64,000 nt of DNA from Candidatus Sericytochromatia bacterium. Its GTDB lineage: Bacteria; Cyanobacteriota; Sericytochromatia; S15B-MN24; VGJW01. Shown one piece after another: positions 19,539 through 30,103 of this stretch. Each line of letters begins with the position of its first letter. Position 1 is the stretch's first letter. The position numbers and the translations under genes were made by a program. The notes below the pieces were generated by a model that did not search any database, had not been told where the DNA came from, and saw nothing but the letters and a program-made list of their open reading frames with translations. The stretch is taken from positions 32,001 to 96,000 of the forward strand of contig JAYKHS010000030.1 of NCBI GenBank assembly GCA_035285865.1, written 5' to 3'.

Positions 19539-20510
19539 TCACGGGGCGTTGGCGATCTCGACTTCCACCGGTTCGCTGGCCCGGTGACGTCCCTCGTGGG
19601 TCCAGGCATAGAGTCGGATGCGGTGGGTGCCGTCCTCGATACCCGTGGTGTCCAGGGGCACCTCCATCTGTGCCGAGAGACGGGTTTCCGAGACCACGGC
19701 GCGGCCATCGACCGCGACCTGCAGCAGACGGAAGGCCTGGGGATTGTCCAGTCTGACCTTGAGGAAGGTCGTGTAGCGCAGGGTGTTTCCGGCCGTCGGC
19801 CAATTGAGTGCCACGTTACCCGTCGTCCGGGCCTGTTCCCGAGGGGCTTCTTCAGGAACAGAGGCCAGGGCCTGCGGCGGCTCACGCCGAGGATCCGCGA
19901 TGCGCTCCGCCTCCACTGCGGCCGGCTTGGCTGCCGTGGCACGCCGGACAGCCGCGGCGACGCGCGCATCGATCAGCGCCTCGAATCTCTCTGCCGTCAA
20001 GGCGGGTCGATTCGCGACACGCGGGGCAGGACGGGAAACAGGTTCTCCCGAGGGAGCGTAGACCGTGTCGACAGGGGCAGGCACGGTTGCCGCCCGAGGC
20101 TGGATCATCGTCTCGGCGACGGTCTCGGTGGCGACCGGAGCAGGCGCTTGCGGGGCGGGAGCAGTGGACTCCTGCGAGCCGCCCCAGGTCCGCCCAAGCA
20201 CGAAGGCAGCCAACAGCGCGGCAAGCGTCCAGCCAAGCGTCGCATCGCCCTGGCTCCGCCGCCGAGCGCGCGGAGCGCTGGCGAGGCGTTCGGCTCTGGC
20301 CGCGACGAGTCTTCTGGTGACGGAACGGACGCGCGGCGTGTCGACGAGGCGCGCCGGCCTGCTGCCTGCTGCCCGTTGTCCAAGGGCCTGGTCACGCGCG
20401 GCCCGGCAGGCCTTGCACACGTTGTCCTGGCCGCAGGGTTCACACAGCGGGATGCGGCAGCGCTGACACTGGACGGTGCCGGGCTCGTGCTGGTGATAGA
20501 TGCAGATCAC
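19539..20510 (-). CDS. Membrane protein: N-terminal B-box-like Zn finger, TM, Pro/Ala linker, C-terminal Ig-like domain
   Basis: CIYH...CQRC...CEPC...CKAC; LDTTGIEDGTHRIRLYAW; GAGGAG RBS. Confidence 0.7.
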   Translation of the reverse strand: MICIYHQHEPGTVQCQRCRIPLCEPCGQDNVCKACRAARDQALGQRAAGSRPARLVDTPRVRSVTRRLVAARAERLASAPRARRRSQGDATLGWTLAALLAAFVLGRTWGGSQESTAPAPQAPAPVATETVAETMIQPRAATVPAPVDTVYAPSGEPVSRPAPRVANRPALTAERFEALIDARVAAAVRRATAAKPAAVEAERIADPRREPPQALASVPEEAPREQARTTGNVALNWPTAGNTLRYTTFLKVRLDNPQAFRLLQVAVDGRAVVSETRLSAQMEVPLDTTGIEDGTHRIRLYAWTHEGRHRASEPVEVEIANAP

Positions 20511-20531
20511 GTGGCGCTCTCCTCTTCGGAG

Positions 20532-20558
20532 TTATCGGGTCACGCCGCCCGAACTGCC
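20532..20558 (-). promoter_or_regulatory. Sigma28-like promoter GGCAGTTC-N11-CCCGATAA
   Basis: Matches spacing of TAAAGTTT-N11-GCCGATAA consensus, 21 nt upstream of start. Confidence 0.5.
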
Positions 20559-20637
20559 CCAAGGCCGGGTTAAGTCCCGGCGAAGAATCGATGCAGATGC
20601 ATCCGGGGGCTGCCGGTGCTAGGCTTGGGGCCGAGCC

Positions 20638-21792
20638 ATGGTTTCCGAGCGGCACGAACTTCCTTCTCTCGCCAATCTCCGCGGTGCGTGGCTGGAGATT
20701 GACCTGGGGGCTTACCGGCACAACGTTTCGGCTCTGCGTGGCTGGCTTGCCCCCCACACCCACCTGATGGCCGTCATCAAGGCCGACGGCTACGGTGCAG
20801 GCGCACTGCCCCTCGCGCGAACGGCCGTCCAGGCGGGTGCTGACCGCCTCGCCGTGGCGACGGTCGGCGAGGGCATCCGCCTCCGACAGGCAGGTATCGT
20901 CCACCCCATCCTGCTGTTGTCCCTGGTTCCGCCCGAGGCCTGGGCCTCGGCTCTGCGCAACGGGCTCGAGCTTACGGTTTCCGATGCCACGGCACTTGCG
21001 CGGCTCGCCGAGGTCGCGGGGGAGGTCGGCGTAAGGGCTGCCGTGCACCTCAAGGTCGATACCGGCATGGCTCGGGTAGGCACGGCCCCGGACGACCTCG
21101 GCAAACTGCTGGCAGCCTTCGATAGCGAGGGCAATATCGACCTCGTCGGGCTCTCCAGTCACCTGGCCTCTGCGGATGATCCCGACCCCTGTGCGCTGCA
21201 CGCTGCGCATGACGCCTTTCGCCGCGCGGTTCTTGCGCACGCCTTGCCTGCCGGCACGCTCCGCCACCTCGCCAACTCCGCCGCGACGTTGCGTGCTCCG
21301 GAGACGCACTGGGACATGGTTCGGCCCGGATTGCTGCTGCATGGCGTCGCACCTGGCGTCGCCGTACCGGCGGAACTGGGCTTGCGGCCGGTTTGGACCC
21401 TTCGGGCTCGTTTGATGCAGGTGCGTGTCTTCCCGGCAGGTACCCGGGTGGGTTACGGGGGGAGACATGTCGTCGTGCACGAGACCCGGCTGGGAGTCTT
21501 GCCTGTAGGTTACGCGGACGGGCTGCCGCGTGCGCTCGAGGGGCAAGGACAGGTCCTTGTCGGCGGTCGGCGACGGCCGATGGTCGGTGCCGTCTCGATG
21601 GATCAGGTCGTGGTTGACCTGGGACCCGGCGAACTTGCGGAGTACCCGCCCGGAACGGAGGCCGTGCTGGTCGGTCGGCAGGGTGCGGAGGCGATCGAAG
21701 TGACGGATCTGGCCGATTGGGCCCATACGATCCCGTATGAGATTCTTACGGGCTTCGGCCGTCGCCTGCCGCGGGTTTATCCGGGGTCATGA
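20638..21792 (+). CDS. alr: Alanine racemase
   Basis: MAVIKADGYG, HLKVDTGMAR, HLANSAA, GYADG, SMDQ, TIPYEIL. Confidence 0.96.
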   Translation: MVSERHELPSLANLRGAWLEIDLGAYRHNVSALRGWLAPHTHLMAVIKADGYGAGALPLARTAVQAGADRLAVATVGEGIRLRQAGIVHPILLLSLVPPEAWASALRNGLELTVSDATALARLAEVAGEVGVRAAVHLKVDTGMARVGTAPDDLGKLLAAFDSEGNIDLVGLSSHLASADDPDPCALHAAHDAFRRAVLAHALPAGTLRHLANSAATLRAPETHWDMVRPGLLLHGVAPGVAVPAELGLRPVWTLRARLMQVRVFPAGTRVGYGGRHVVVHETRLGVLPVGYADGLPRALEGQGQVLVGGRRRPMVGAVSMDQVVVDLGPGELAEYPPGTEAVLVGRQGAEAIEVTDLADWAHTIPYEILTGFGRRLPRVYPGS

Positions 21793-21813
21793 CTGCCGAA
21801 GCCCGTATCAACA

Positions 21814-22119
21814 TCAAGTGTTCTTGATACGCTTCGCCTTCTTGAGGGCGCTGAGTTGCGCACGCACTTCCAACTCGCGCGCAGCAATCTCCTCTGGCGT
21901 CATCGACTCGAGGATTCGGGCCACCTCGATGCGATCCTGATGACGCGTCTGCAAGGACTTGATCTTAGCGTCGAGCGTGGCCAGCTTGTTTTCATACTGC
22001 GAAACGAGCTGGCTCCTCTTGGCTTCAAGGTCCTGGAGCAACTCGTAAGCGGTCCGCCGAGGCTTGCGCTGAGTTTGTACTGCGTTCTTGGCAGCGGGTT
22101 TGGTCTTCGTTCTCGGCAT
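21814..22119 (-). CDS. Small basic coiled-coil protein
   Basis: AAGGAG RBS; Lys/Arg-rich termini; visibly lower GC than neighbours. Confidence 0.75.
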   Translation of the reverse strand: MPRTKTKPAAKNAVQTQRKPRRTAYELLQDLEAKRSQLVSQYENKLATLDAKIKSLQTRHQDRIEVARILESMTPEEIAARELEVRAQLSALKKAKRIKNT

Positions 22120-22397
22120 CCATGTCTCCTTGACCTTGTTTGGGATGTCACCGTTGCGAATCATGGTGGCAGTCCCTGACATATTGAGTTTCCTCATCAA
22201 TAGTCCCCTTATAACGTGGAATCTGACAAGAGCTTAGCTGGCTCTGTCCTGTCTGATCGCAGCAAATTGACCGAAATGTCTTTCCGTCCAGCTCCTGCTG
22301 CTGCCGTCGGATTTCTGGTGCTGCCTCGGGCGCGTCAAGCACGATCGCCTCCCCTCCGGCCGATAGCATGGGGTCCGCCTCAGGAGGGTCCCCTGCC

Positions 22398-22937
22398 ATG
22401 CCGAAGCCCATCGGTTCCTCGTCGTCGGCCGCGCCGGTCGTTTCGGCACCTGTCGTCGCCGAGCCTTGGCCGCAGGTACTCGACAGGGTCCGCACCACGT
22501 TGGCCAGGGATTCAGGAAAGCTTCCTGCAGACGCGGCGGGTCGCAAGGCGTGGGTGAGCCGTGAGACGGCGGTGGTCGCCACGCTCGACAAGGACATGAA
22601 GGTCCTCCGCGATGCCTGGTTCGCCGACAAGATCGATTTCGACACCTTCACCGACCTTTCAGGCAAGGTTTTCGACCGGCACGTGGCCCTCGACCGGGCG
22701 CGCGTGGCCCTTGCCCCCCCCAAGGCTCCGGCAACGCCCGGCAAGCCCGGAACCGGCAAGGAGGCCTGCTCCGACTACATGTCGCCTGACCTGCTCAAGT
22801 TCATCGAGGGCAACCAGCAGAACGGCCTTGGCCTTATCGGTGCCGTCGTCCTTCCTGCCGCGGCCCTGGTCGATCTCGCCACGGTCCTCGGCAAACTGTC
22901 GGCTGCTTGCGAGGCCAAGCCCACGAAGCCTCGTTGA
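22398..22937 (+). CDS. Hypothetical protein
   Basis: AGGAGG RBS; GC3-rich codons; upstream GCCGATAG element. Confidence 0.65.
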   Translation: MPKPIGSSSSAAPVVSAPVVAEPWPQVLDRVRTTLARDSGKLPADAAGRKAWVSRETAVVATLDKDMKVLRDAWFADKIDFDTFTDLSGKVFDRHVALDRARVALAPPKAPATPGKPGTGKEACSDYMSPDLLKFIEGNQQNGLGLIGAVVLPAAALVDLATVLGKLSAACEAKPTKPR

Positions 22938-22965
22938 CTCGGGGCCGGTGGGGTATGCAAAGAGC

Positions 22966-23994
22966 ATGACCACCGGCACCACGCAGACCCCCGATTCTGT
23001 TCCCTCCACGCCTGCCCGGAGGGCGTGGACCCAGGCCTTGCGCCAAGCCATAGCCGCCCACGGAAGCGGGCGTTGGATCGAGGCAGAAACGGCTGGACGA
23101 AAGGCCGTGGAGCTTGCACGTGGGCTGCCGATGCCCGAGGGGGGCGCGGACCTTGCGGCCTCGCTCAATCTGCTTGGCAATGTTCTGCAGGGTCTGGGGC
23201 GCGCGCAGGATGCCGCCTCGTGTTACGCAGAGGCCCTTGATCAAGCCGACGAGGTGCGGGCACGCGTGGTCGCCTTGGCGAACCTGGGATCGGCCAGGCG
23301 CGAGGCAGGTGAATTCGTCGTCGCCGAAGAGCATCTTGTCGAGGGTCTGGCGCTTGCGCGCGATGAAGTGCCGGATCAGGTGGAAGGGCTGCTCGACAAG
23401 CTGGGGCGGCTGTTCCAGCAGACGGAGCGTGCCGAGGAAGCGCTGCGCTTTTTCGTGGAGCGGGTGGAGCGCACGGCCCCGCCCGACGGGGCCGAGGGAG
23501 ACCTCGCCAAGCCGACGGATGCCCACCTGGATGCGCTCTTTCATCTGGCTGCCGCTGCACTCGAACATGGGGATGCGGTTCAGGCCGCGAACTGGTTCCG
23601 GGATCTCTCGGACAAGATGACGGTGCGCGGCGGTGCACGAAGCCTCGGGCGTGCTCAGGCGCTTACGGGACTTGCCCGCGCCCATCAGCTCGCAGGTCGG
23701 CATGCGGAAGCGGTAGCCTCCGCGCGCGAGGCCCTGGAGGTCCGTGAGGCCATGCTGGGCAGGGATCATCCCGAGCTGCTCTCGGCCCGCCACAATCTGG
23801 CCCACGTCCTTCTTGCCGCGGGCAAGGCGCGGGAGGCCGAGCCTCTGGCCCGGGCGGTCATGGATGCTGTCGCGGGCCTTCCTGCCGATGACGGGCGCCG
23901 GACGGCTGCTCTGGAGGTGCTCGTCGGCGTGCTCGAGAAGACGGGGCGGCTTCGCGAGGCGGCAACCTTCAAGAAGCAATTGTCGAAGTCTTGA
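22966..23994 (+). CDS. Tetratricopeptide repeat protein
   Basis: AASLNLLG, LGRDHPELLSARHNLA kinesin-light-chain-type TPR motifs. Confidence 0.85.
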   Translation: MTTGTTQTPDSVPSTPARRAWTQALRQAIAAHGSGRWIEAETAGRKAVELARGLPMPEGGADLAASLNLLGNVLQGLGRAQDAASCYAEALDQADEVRARVVALANLGSARREAGEFVVAEEHLVEGLALARDEVPDQVEGLLDKLGRLFQQTERAEEALRFFVERVERTAPPDGAEGDLAKPTDAHLDALFHLAAAALEHGDAVQAANWFRDLSDKMTVRGGARSLGRAQALTGLARAHQLAGRHAEAVASAREALEVREAMLGRDHPELLSARHNLAHVLLAAGKAREAEPLARAVMDAVAGLPADDGRRTAALEVLVGVLEKTGRLREAATFKKQLSKS

Positions 23995-24007
23995 TCAGCT
24001 TCTGCGG

Positions 24008-24061
24008 TTGACGCCGGTACGGGCGCTGGTATCCTGAAAGGGTACTCATTTGGTCCCGTTT
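24008..24061 (+). promoter_or_regulatory. suf promoter TTGACG-N16-TATCCT plus imperfect palindrome AAAGGGTAC-N7-GTCCCGTTT
   Basis: Seen directly; palindrome 24037-24061 lies between -10 and rrf2 start. Confidence 0.6.
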
Positions 24062-24064
24062 AGC

Positions 24065-24568
24065 GTGTTCCGCATCAACCGACTTACCGACTACGCCCTG
24101 GTCATCCTGGGGCGCCTCGCCGCGTCCGGGAAGGGCGCCAGCCAGAGCGCGGCCGAACTGGCCGAGGCCACCCAGTTGCCTTTGCCCACGGTCATCAAGG
24201 TGCTCAAGACCCTTGCTCGCGAAGGCGTTCTGGATTCCGTCCGGGGCGCGCGCGGCGGTTATCGCCTGGTGCGGCCGGCCGAATCCCTGACGGTGCTCGA
24301 GGTTCTGGAGGCCATGGAGGGCCCCGTAGCGGTCACCGAATGCGTCGAGCCGGGGACGGAGGCCGGTTGTGCTTATGCGTCCGCTTGCGTGGCGCGTGGG
24401 CCTTGGGGCCGCATCAACGTGGCCTTGCGCGCGGCGCTGGCCGAGGTGGTCCTCGCCGATCTCGACACGCACGCGGGCGCTGCGCCGATGGTGCCGATGC
24501 CGGCGCATGCAGGGTCATGTTCTTCCGGGGGCTGCGCAGCCCCTTCTGCCGCGGGGGCCAGCAGATGA
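24065..24568 (+). CDS. Rrf2-family SUF Fe-S assembly regulator
   Basis: [17 protein letters not shown], three-Cys cluster motif; first gene of suf operon. Confidence 0.9.
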   Translation: MFRINRLTDYALVILGRLAASGKGASQSAAELAEATQLPLPTVIKVLKTLAREGVLDSVRGARGGYRLVRPAESLTVLEVLEAMEGPVAVTECVEPGTEAGCAYASACVARGPWGRINVALRAALAEVVLADLDTHAGAAPMVPMPAHAGSCSSGGCAAPSAAGASR

Positions 24569-26016
24569 GCGATGCCGCAACCCTGAAGGGTATCACCGAG
24601 CAGGAGTATGCCTACGGCTTTGTCACGGACGTGGAGACCGAGACGTTGCCCAAGGGGCTTTCCGAGGACATCGTCCGGGCCATCTCGGCCAAGAAGGGCG
24701 AACCCGAGTGGCTGCTCGAGTGGCGTCTGAAGGCCTACCGCCAGTGGTTGCGCATGCTGGAGCGCGACGGCGAGCCCACTTGGGCCAGGCTTGAGGTGGC
24801 AAAGGTCGATTATCAGGACCTGCATTACTACGCGGCCCCGAAGGCTGCCGAGGCGCCGAAGAGTCTGGATGAGGTCGACCCTGAGATTCGCAAGACCTTC
24901 GACAAGTTGGGCATTCCGCTCGTCGAGCAGATGCGCCTTTCCGGCATTGCGGTCGATGCCGTCTTCGACAGCGTGTCCGTGGCCACCACCTTCAAGGACA
25001 AGCTGGCCGAACTGGGCATCATCTTCTGCAGCTTCAGCGAGGCCGTGCACGACCATCCTGATCTGGTGCGCAAGTACCTCGGCAGTGTCGTGCCGCCTAC
25101 GGACAACTTCTATGCCGCGCTGAATTCGGCAGTCTTCAGCGACGGTTCGTTCTGCTACATCCCGCCCGGCGTGCGCTGTCCGATGGAGCTGTCCACCTAC
25201 TTCCGGATCAACGCCGCAAGCACCGGCCAGTTCGAACGAACCCTTCTCGTTGCAGACGCGGGAGCCTACGTCAGCTATCTCGAAGGCTGCACGGCACCTC
25301 GACGGGACGAGAATCAGTTGCATGCGGCGGTTGTCGAGTTGGTCGCCCTTGAGGACGCCACCATAAAGTATGCGACGGTCCAGAACTGGTATCCGGGGGA
25401 CGCCGAGGGGCGTGGCGGCATCTACAACTTCGTCACCAAGCGCGGCAAGGCTTTCGCACGGGCCAAGATCAGCTGGACGCAGGTCGAGACCGGGTCGGCC
25501 ATCACGTGGAAGTATCCGTCCGTCATCCTGTTCGGTGACGACTCCGTCGGCGAGTTCTACTCCGTGGCGCTGGCCAACAACCGCCAGCAGGCGGATACGG
25601 GCACCAAGATGATTCATGTCGGGCGCAACACGCGCAGCACGATCGTCTCGAAGGGCATTTCGGCCGGTCGTGGTCAGAACACCTATCGCGGCCTGGTCAA
25701 GGTGCTGCCCGGGGCTGACGGTGCCCGGAACCACGCCCAGTGCGACTCGCTGCTGATGGGAGATCGCTGCGGGGCCCACACCTTCCCGACGGTGGACGTG
25801 GCCAATCCGACAGCCATCATCGAACACGAGGCCACGACCTCGAAGATCAGCGAAGACCAACTCTTCTACTGCCAACAGCGGGGCATGTCCGCCGAGGATG
25901 CTGTCTCGCTCATCGTCAACGGATTCTGCAAGGACGTGCTGCGCGAACTGCCCATGGAGTTCGCGGTCGAGGCTCAGAAGCTTCTGGGATTGAGCCTCGA
26001 AGGCAGCGTGGGTTGA
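24565..26016 (+). CDS. sufB: Fe-S cluster assembly protein SufB
   Basis: [44 protein letters not shown]. Confidence 0.98.
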   Translation: MSDAATLKGITEQEYAYGFVTDVETETLPKGLSEDIVRAISAKKGEPEWLLEWRLKAYRQWLRMLERDGEPTWARLEVAKVDYQDLHYYAAPKAAEAPKSLDEVDPEIRKTFDKLGIPLVEQMRLSGIAVDAVFDSVSVATTFKDKLAELGIIFCSFSEAVHDHPDLVRKYLGSVVPPTDNFYAALNSAVFSDGSFCYIPPGVRCPMELSTYFRINAASTGQFERTLLVADAGAYVSYLEGCTAPRRDENQLHAAVVELVALEDATIKYATVQNWYPGDAEGRGGIYNFVTKRGKAFARAKISWTQVETGSAITWKYPSVILFGDDSVGEFYSVALANNRQQADTGTKMIHVGRNTRSTIVSKGISAGRGQNTYRGLVKVLPGADGARNHAQCDSLLMGDRCGAHTFPTVDVANPTAIIEHEATTSKISEDQLFYCQQRGMSAEDAVSLIVNGFCKDVLRELPMEFAVEAQKLLGLSLEGSVG

Positions 26017-26022
26017 GGAAGG

Positions 26023-26780
<758 letters not shown>

Positions 26781-26784
<4 letters not shown>

Positions 26785-27992
26785 CGCATCCCGTTCTGGA
26801 TGGGTTGCGCCCGGGCACGGCGTCGCCCGTGTCTGCCCCGTGGCGTCAGGGTGCGTGGTCGCGCCTCGAACGCGATGGTGTGCCCCATCGGCGGCAGGAG
26901 GCGTGGCGGACGACGGATCCGGCTCCCTTCCTGGATCGTCTCGCGCAGGGTCAGGCAGCAGTGGCCCAGGAGCCCCCGACAGGTGCACTTGTCCTGAATG
27001 CGGACGGTACTTGGACGCTGCCAGCGGAAGATATCCCGGGCATTCGTGCGCGCAGCCTGGAGGATGCCTGCGAAGAGGGGACCGCGGTGTCGGACTGGCT
27101 TGCGGGAACCTCCGGGGCGATGGGGCTCGCGGATGTGGTTCGTGCCGGTGCATCGGGCGGCGGTGTCCTCGAGATAGCGGGCATCATCGAACAGCCTTTG
27201 CGCGTGTGGCGGACGCCGGCTGCGGGTGCGGCGATCCTGCCGCCGCTGCTCGTCGTGCTGGCTCCCGGTGCCCGGGTCGTGATCGAGGACCTCGGCGGTG
27301 CGGCAGGTACCCTGCTTACGGCCGGCCACGGCGTGGTCGGCCCTGATGCGCGCTTGCACTGGGTGCGGCATGTCTCGGCCGCCCTCGGGACGACCTGGTG
27401 GCAGGACACCCAGTCCTTCCGGGTAGAGGCCGGGGGGGAGCTGGATGTTCACGTGGTGGTCACGGGCGCTTCCTGGCTGCGGATGGATTTGCCGGTCGCG
27501 CTCGTCGGCGAAAATGCATCCTTCAGTTATCGTGGGCTGATTGCCAATCCGGCCGATGGCCATGCGGACCTCCGGCTGGATTTGCGCCACCGGGCCTCGC
27601 GGACGACCAGTCGTCAGGTGCATCGCGGCTTGCACGGTCGTGGTGCACGCGGCATCTTCACCGGATTGGTTCACGTGGTCGAAGGCGTGGGGGCCGTGCG
27701 ATCGGATCAGGAGTTGCGGGCCCTGATGCTGGCCGAGGGTGCCTCTGCCCTGTGCCAGCCCCAGCTCGAGATTCTCGCCGACGACGTTGCCTGCAGCCAC
27801 GGTGCGACGGTCGGCCAACTGGACGAGGATGCCTTGTTCTACCTGCGTGCGCGTGGCTTGGATGCTCCAACGGCGCGGGCCCTTCTGGCCGCCGCCTTCG
27901 CGCAGCCTGCCTTGGAGGGCTTGCCTTCCGGAACGGCACAGGCCGTGCGGACCGACCTTGCTCGTGCGGGGCTGGCGGAGGTGGGATCATGA
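26781..27992 (+). CDS. sufD: Fe-S cluster assembly protein SufD
   Basis: EAWR, PQLEILADDVACSHGATVGQLD, LFYLRARG. Confidence 0.92.
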
Positions 27993-29230
27993 GCGGCGTG
28001 ATCCGGGAGGTCGCGGCGGATCCTGCCGCGTGGCGTGCGGACTTTCCCATCCTGAGCCGAACCTTTCGAGAGAAGCCGCTTGTCTATCTCGACAGTGCTG
28101 CGACGACGCAGAAGCCACAAGCCGTGATCGATGCCGTGACGCGGTTCTACGCCTGGGAAAATGCGAACGTTCACCGCGGTGTCTACAAGCTGTCCGAGGA
28201 GGCCTCTGCGCGATTCGAAGCCGTGCGACCGCAGGTTGCACGCTTTATCGGTGCTCCTGGGCCACGTGGAGTCATCTTTGTCCGGGGGGCCACCGAGGGC
28301 ATCAATCTCGTGGCCAGCACGTGGGGCAGAACCCACGTCGGCGAGGGTGACGAAGTGCTCATCACCGGCATGGAACACCACGCCAACCTCGTGCCCTGGC
28401 AGCAGCTCTGCCTGCAGTCGGGGGCTCGGCTCGTCGTCGCGCCGCTGCTGGATGACGGCTCGTTGGACCTTGAGGCGTGGCAGAACCTGCTGGGTCCGAA
28501 GACCCGCATGGCGGCCATGGTGCATGTCTCCAATGCGCTGGGCACCGTGAACCCCGTCCGGGACATGGTGTCGGCCGCGCGCGCGGCGGGTGCCGTGACC
28601 CTGGTCGACGGCTCTCAGGCTGCGCCCCACATGTCAGTCGACATTTCCGCCATCGGTTGCGACTTCTACGTCTTCAGCGGCCACAAGGTCTACGGTCCGA
28701 CCGGGATCGGCGTGCTCTGGGGGCGTGAGGAACTGCTCGAGGAGATGCCCCCGTATCACCTTGGCGGCGACATGATCCTGTCCGTCACCTTCGAGGAGAC
28801 GGTATTCAACGAGATTCCCCACAAGTTCGAAGCCGGGACCCCCCACGTCGAGGGCGTTCTGGGCTTGTCGGCGGCCATGACCTACCTCGAGTCGTTGGGC
28901 CTCGACAGGGTGCGTGACCATGAGGATGCCTTGCTGGCGTACGGGACGAACCTGCTTCAGGACGTGCCCGGATTGCGCATGGTCGGTACAGCCACGCACA
29001 AGGCGGGCGTGCTCGGCTTCGTGATGGACGGGGTGCACCCCCACGATCTCGGCACGCTTCTGGATGCCCGGGGCATCGCCATACGGGCCGGTCACCACTG
29101 CGCACAGCCGGTGATGAAACGCTTCGGCGTGCCGGCCACGGCTCGGGCATCCCTTGGCCTCTACAACAGGCGCGAGGATCTGGAGGCGCTTGCGGAAGGC
29201 CTTCTGGCGATCCGGCGCATGTTCGGTTGA
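27989..29230 (+). CDS. sufS: Cysteine desulfurase SufS
   Basis: YLDSAATTQKP, FSGHKVYGPTG, RAGHHCAQP. Confidence 0.97.
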   Translation: MSGVIREVAADPAAWRADFPILSRTFREKPLVYLDSAATTQKPQAVIDAVTRFYAWENANVHRGVYKLSEEASARFEAVRPQVARFIGAPGPRGVIFVRGATEGINLVASTWGRTHVGEGDEVLITGMEHHANLVPWQQLCLQSGARLVVAPLLDDGSLDLEAWQNLLGPKTRMAAMVHVSNALGTVNPVRDMVSAARAAGAVTLVDGSQAAPHMSVDISAIGCDFYVFSGHKVYGPTGIGVLWGREELLEEMPPYHLGGDMILSVTFEETVFNEIPHKFEAGTPHVEGVLGLSAAMTYLESLGLDRVRDHEDALLAYGTNLLQDVPGLRMVGTATHKAGVLGFVMDGVHPHDLGTLLDARGIAIRAGHHCAQPVMKRFGVPATARASLGLYNRREDLEALAEGLLAIRRMFG

Positions 29231-29240
29231 GGAGTGCAGG

Positions 29241-29690
29241 ATGGACGAACTCAGGGACCTCTATCAGGAAGTGATCCTGGACCACAACCGCAGCCCGCGT
29301 AATCGTCGCCCGCTGGCGGACGCCACGCATCGAGCGAACGGCCACAACCCGCTGTGTGGAGACCAACTCGTCGTGCAGTTGCGCTGCGCCGACGGTCGTG
29401 TGCTCGAGGCCGCCTTCGAGGGAGATGGGTGTGCCATTTCCACCGCATCGGCTTCACTGATGACGGAAGGCATCCGGGGGCGCAACGAAGATGAGGTCCG
29501 CGCCATGCACGAGCAGTTCCATCGCCTGGTGACCACCGGGGATGCAGATCTGGACCGGCTGGGCAAGCTCGCCGCCTTGGCGGGAGTCGCCGAATACCCG
29601 GCGCGCGTGAAGTGCGCGAGTCTCGCGTGGCACACCCTTCTGGCCGCGCTGGACCGCAAACTGGACGCACCTGTCTCGACGGAGGCCTGA
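29241..29690 (+). CDS. sufU: SUF sulfur-transfer/scaffold protein SufU
   Basis: LYQEVILDH, NPLCGD, GCAISTAS, ARVKCA. Confidence 0.95.
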   Translation: MDELRDLYQEVILDHNRSPRNRRPLADATHRANGHNPLCGDQLVVQLRCADGRVLEAAFEGDGCAISTASASLMTEGIRGRNEDEVRAMHEQFHRLVTTGDADLDRLGKLAALAGVAEYPARVKCASLAWHTLLAALDRKLDAPVSTEA

Positions 29691-29693
29691 CGC

Positions 29694-30062
29694 ATGTCGG
29701 AACTGGAATCGAAGATGCCCCCTGTTTCGGCCCGAGCGCCTCTGGGGTCGGAAGAGATGGCGCGCCTCGAGGAAGAGATGGTCGCCGTCCTCAAGACCGT
29801 CCATGACCCCGAGATCCCCGTGGACATCTACGAACTCGGCCTGATTTACGAGCATCGGGTGGCTGCCGATCGGACGGCGTACGTCGTGATGACGCTGACC
29901 TCCCCTGGATGCCCGGTTGCCGGCAGCATGCCCGGCGAGGTCCGGCAGAAGATCGAGGCCATCGAGGGCATCGACGTAGCCGAAGTCGAGGTCACGTGGG
30001 ATCCGGCATGGACCCGCGACATGATGTCGGAAGTGGCCAAGCTCCAGCTCAACATGTACTGA
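29694..30062 (+). CDS. sufT: DUF59/SufT-type Fe-S assembly protein
   Basis: DPEIPVDIYELGLIY, MTLTSPGCP, WDPAW. Confidence 0.88.
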   Translation: MSELESKMPPVSARAPLGSEEMARLEEEMVAVLKTVHDPEIPVDIYELGLIYEHRVAADRTAYVVMTLTSPGCPVAGSMPGEVRQKIEAIEGIDVAEVEVTWDPAWTRDMMSEVAKLQLNMY

Positions 30063-30088
30063 GGGGGGCACCAGCCGGCATCCCCCTC
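30061..30088. terminator. Hairpin between convergent genes
   Basis: GAGGGGG...CCCCCTC stem; no U-tract. Confidence 0.35.
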
Positions 30089-30103
30089 GTCGGCGCGTGG
30101 CCC

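Noticed and set aside
22183..22202. TTGATGAGGAAAC resembling a hammerhead ribozyme core (minus strand)
   Set aside because: Lacks the C of CUGAnGA and has no stem II
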